Source: Octopus sinensis (taxonomy: Eukaryota). From it: DNA of 64,000 nt. Below, piece after piece: positions 61,150 to 64,000 of this stretch. Within the stretch, counting starts at the first letter, position 1. The number at the start of each line of letters is the position of its first letter. The notes under the pieces were generated by a model. The model was not told the origin of the DNA. It ran no database searches and saw nothing but the letters and a program-made list of their open reading frames with translations. Location of the stretch: contig NW_021833242.1 of assembly GCF_006345805.1 (NCBI RefSeq), positions 15,191 to 79,190 of the forward strand, in the 5' to 3' direction. The translations under genes and the position numbers were made by a program.

Positions 61150-61410
61150 AATTATTTGAAATCTTGTCAGGAAGGAGTTGGTTTCTAACAAAGACACAAA
61201 CTTCCATCGTTGGAATGTAGATAAGAGAAACGATGTCACGCTTTAGACTTGAGAAAGTCTTGCATATCTTTACTGTTCCTCTTACAGATCGTATTTGTAG
61301 TCTATGAGTCATTTGGTTGATTTCTTTTTCTGAGGATCCAAGCTGATCCAGACCGACAGTTAAGCATTTACTTACAAAACCAAGTAAAGAATAAATGGTA
61401 AAAACCCGCT
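61150..61410 (-). mobile_element. 3' fragment of an RLE-type non-LTR retrotransposon
   Basis: Minus strand TIYSLLGFVSKCLTVGLDQLGSSEKEINQMTHRLQIRSVRGTVKICKTF resembles the IIIGALG...LG...LQ..S..GT.KI.KTF terminus of RLE LINEs. Confidence 0.5.
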
Positions 61411-61765
61411 TCGGTCATGAATGACCATGGAATTGCACCTAGAAAGTTCTCCTCCGAGGCACAGGTCTGGTCAAGATTGTTTAAGGAAGACCAGCAGTCG
61501 GCCCTGCATACCAGCCTCTCCTCTCCTCACCACTGACGTTATCCAAGGGAAAGGCAAAGGGGCCAATACAGCTTGGCACCAGTGACATAGCAGCTCATTT
61601 CTACAGTTGAGTTAACTGGAGCAACGTGAGATAAAGAGTCTTGCTCAAGAACACAACACAAAGCCTGGTCCAAGAATCAAACTCACTATGTTCTAACCAC
61701 TGAGATCTGCGCCTTCTCAAAACTAAGTGCTCCAATTATTATTGGTATAAATGTGGATTTATATA

Positions 61766-62146
61766 GGAGCACTCCGTCGGTTACGACGATGAGGGTCCCA
61801 GCTGATACGATCAACGGAACAGCTTGCTCGTGGAATTAACGTGCAAGTGGCTGAGCATTCCACAGACACGTGCACCCTTAACGTAGTTCTCGAGGAGATT
61901 CAGCGTGACACAGAGAGCGACAAGGCCGGCCCCTTTGAAATACAGGTACAACAGAAACAGGAAGTAAGAGTGAGAGAAAGTTGTGGTGAAAGAGTACAGC
62001 AGGGATCACCACCATCCCCTGCCGGAGCCTCGTGAAGCTTTAGGTGTTTTCGCTCAATAAACACTCACAATGCCCGGTCTGGGAATCGAAACCGCGATCC
62101 TACGACCGCGAGTCCGCTGCCCTAACCACTGGGCCATTGCGCCTCC
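61766..62146 (-). mobile_element. tRNA-derived SINE family C, full length, with 14-bp TSD
   Basis: AATGTGGATTTATA at both 61750-61763 and 62150-62163. Confidence 0.92.
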
Positions 62147-62714
62147 ACTAATGTGGATTTATAATCTGGATACAGAAGTTGGAGGGTTTCAAAACTGTCG
62201 TCCATTGTTGTCCTCTCTCTCTCACTGGTTTTTGTTATGTCGCACATTCGGATGACCCCTACTCAACTCTACTCTGCTACTCTCTCTCTTCTGACGTCTC
62301 GGCTTCTCCCTCTGTATCTACGCATTGGGCTAACCCTACTTCTATGGGCGTCCACACAACAGTTTTTAAAGAGATATTCATACCATCAGCACAGCTGGCC
62401 TCTATGATGGTACGTACTTATTCTTGTCTGTCCCAAATAACAATATCCAACATGTTATCTTTGCACTTTGCACTTGATAGAAGTTCCCATGGGAATGTTC
62501 CACCAAAATTCCTTGTGTCGATGCTGGTTTACGTATTCAATAACAGGGGGAGGGGTGTTGCTTCAATATTTATTCCATGAATAACCGAATTCTTTTCATT
62601 CGTTTTTTTTTTTCCCTTAACAATTCAACTAGTTCCCCGCCAACAATTTCGGTAGAAGGGGTCAGTTGACTGCATAGGCCCCAGTGCAAAACTGGTACTT
62701 ATTTTATTTTAAAG

Positions 62715-63272
62715 GCGGCGAGCTGGCACGCCGGGCGAAATGCTTTGCGGTATTTCGTCTGCCGTTACGTTGTGAGTTCAAATTCCGCAGAGGTCGACTT
62801 TGCCTTTCATCCTTTCGGGGTCGATAAATTAAATACCAGTTACGCATTGGGGTCGATGTAATCGACTTAATCCCTTTGTCTGTCCTTGTTTGTCCCCTCT
62901 GTGTTTAGCCCCTTGTGGGTAATAAAGAAATAGGTACTTATTTTATCGACTCCGAAAGGATGAAAGGCAAAGTCGATCTCAGCGGAATTTGAACTCAGAT
63001 CGTAAAGACGGACGAAATACCGCCAAGCATTTCGCCCGGCGTTAACCATTCCATAAACTCGTCGCCGAAAGACAAATTTTGGCACAAGGCCAGCGATTTC
63101 GGGGGAGTGGGTAAGTCGATTACAATGACCCCAGTGCTCAACTGGTGTTTATTTCATCGTCCCCCAAAGGCAAAGTCGATCTCGGTGGCATTTGAACTCA
63201 GAACGTAAAGACAGACGAAATGCCGCTAAGCGTTTACCCGGTGTGCTAACGAATCTGCCAGCTCGCTGCCTT

Positions 63273-63318
<46 letters not shown>

Positions 63319-63705
63319 TCCTTTTTATTAAAGGCCTGGAATTTTGGGGGAGGGGTTAAATCGATTAGATCGACCAGTACTCAACTGCTACTTAATTTAT
63401 CGACCCCGAAAGGATGAAAAGCAAAGTCGACCTCGGCGCAATTTGAACTCAGAACATAGTGGCAGACGAAATACCTATTTCTTTACTACCCACAAGGGGT
63501 TACACACAGAGGGGACAAACGAGGACAGACAAACGGATTAAGTCGATTATATCGATCCCAGTGTGTAACTGGTACTTATTTAATCGACCCCGAAAGGATG
63601 AAAGGCAAAGTCGACCCCGGCGGAATTTGAACTCAGTACGTAGCGGCAGATGAAATACGGCTACGCATTTCGCCCAACGTGCTAACGATTCTGCCAGCTC
63701 GCCAT
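62715..63705. mobile_element. Cluster of at least five SINE family B copies in both orientations
   Basis: 62715-62935 (+), then several minus-strand copies to 63705. Confidence 0.85.
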
Positions 63706-64000
63706 CTGAAGGCAATTTTAATTCATTAAAATATAAAAAGTCGTAACTCGTTTGTGACCCCAGGAACTGGCTTTTTTTTAATAGTTCATTTATTAAAATT
63801 GTTTCGAAACTAAATTCTTCATGTATCAAAAGACTTGTTAATAGGTCTGGGTGTCGCCGGGTCACATCGTTAGCGTACAAGGGTCCTTAAGTGTAACCAT
63901 CCGTTGGCAATATACGGGCTATTATTTCGGTTTGTGTGTTTAATTAATTAAGACAGGAAGACTGGTTTCTGTCACTGTGGCTTTGTTGGTTTGTTTAATG

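Noticed and set aside
3117-63705. SINE heads as genuine tRNA genes
   Set aside because: A/B-box-like motifs are present, but there is no complete cloverleaf and they are always fused to SINE bodies.

Overview
Eukaryotic, repeat-saturated genomic DNA. The SINE, microsatellite and LINE complement is typical of an octopod cephalopod (inferred, not database-checked). The only host gene I can support is MKS1 (Meckel syndrome 1, a B9-domain ciliary transition-zone protein) on the + strand. Fourteen GT-AG coding exons from 1829 to a TGA at 54135-54137 splice in one frame (1042 nt = 1 nt + 347 codons including stop); the 5' part of the gene lies upstream of the window. The introns hold three multi-kb minisatellite arrays (52-, 55- and 42-bp units), many tRNA-derived SINEs (two with clear 14-bp TSDs), a near full-length antisense R4/Dong-type RLE retrotransposon embedded in (AAT)n, a Penelope-like GIY-YIG fragment, Tx1/CR1/RLE LINE tails and DNA-transposon MITEs. 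The most striking signal is a set of type I hammerhead ribozyme folds tied to Penelope-like terminal repeats (23664-23760 minus, 46445-46482 minus inside a 65-bp-arm palindrome, 55136-55173 plus). All three carry the same non-canonical core, CCGANGA (U4C), instead of CUGANGA. A third repeat family carries a more degenerate hammerhead-like motif. Nearly all long ORFs in the supplied track are microsatellite artefacts.
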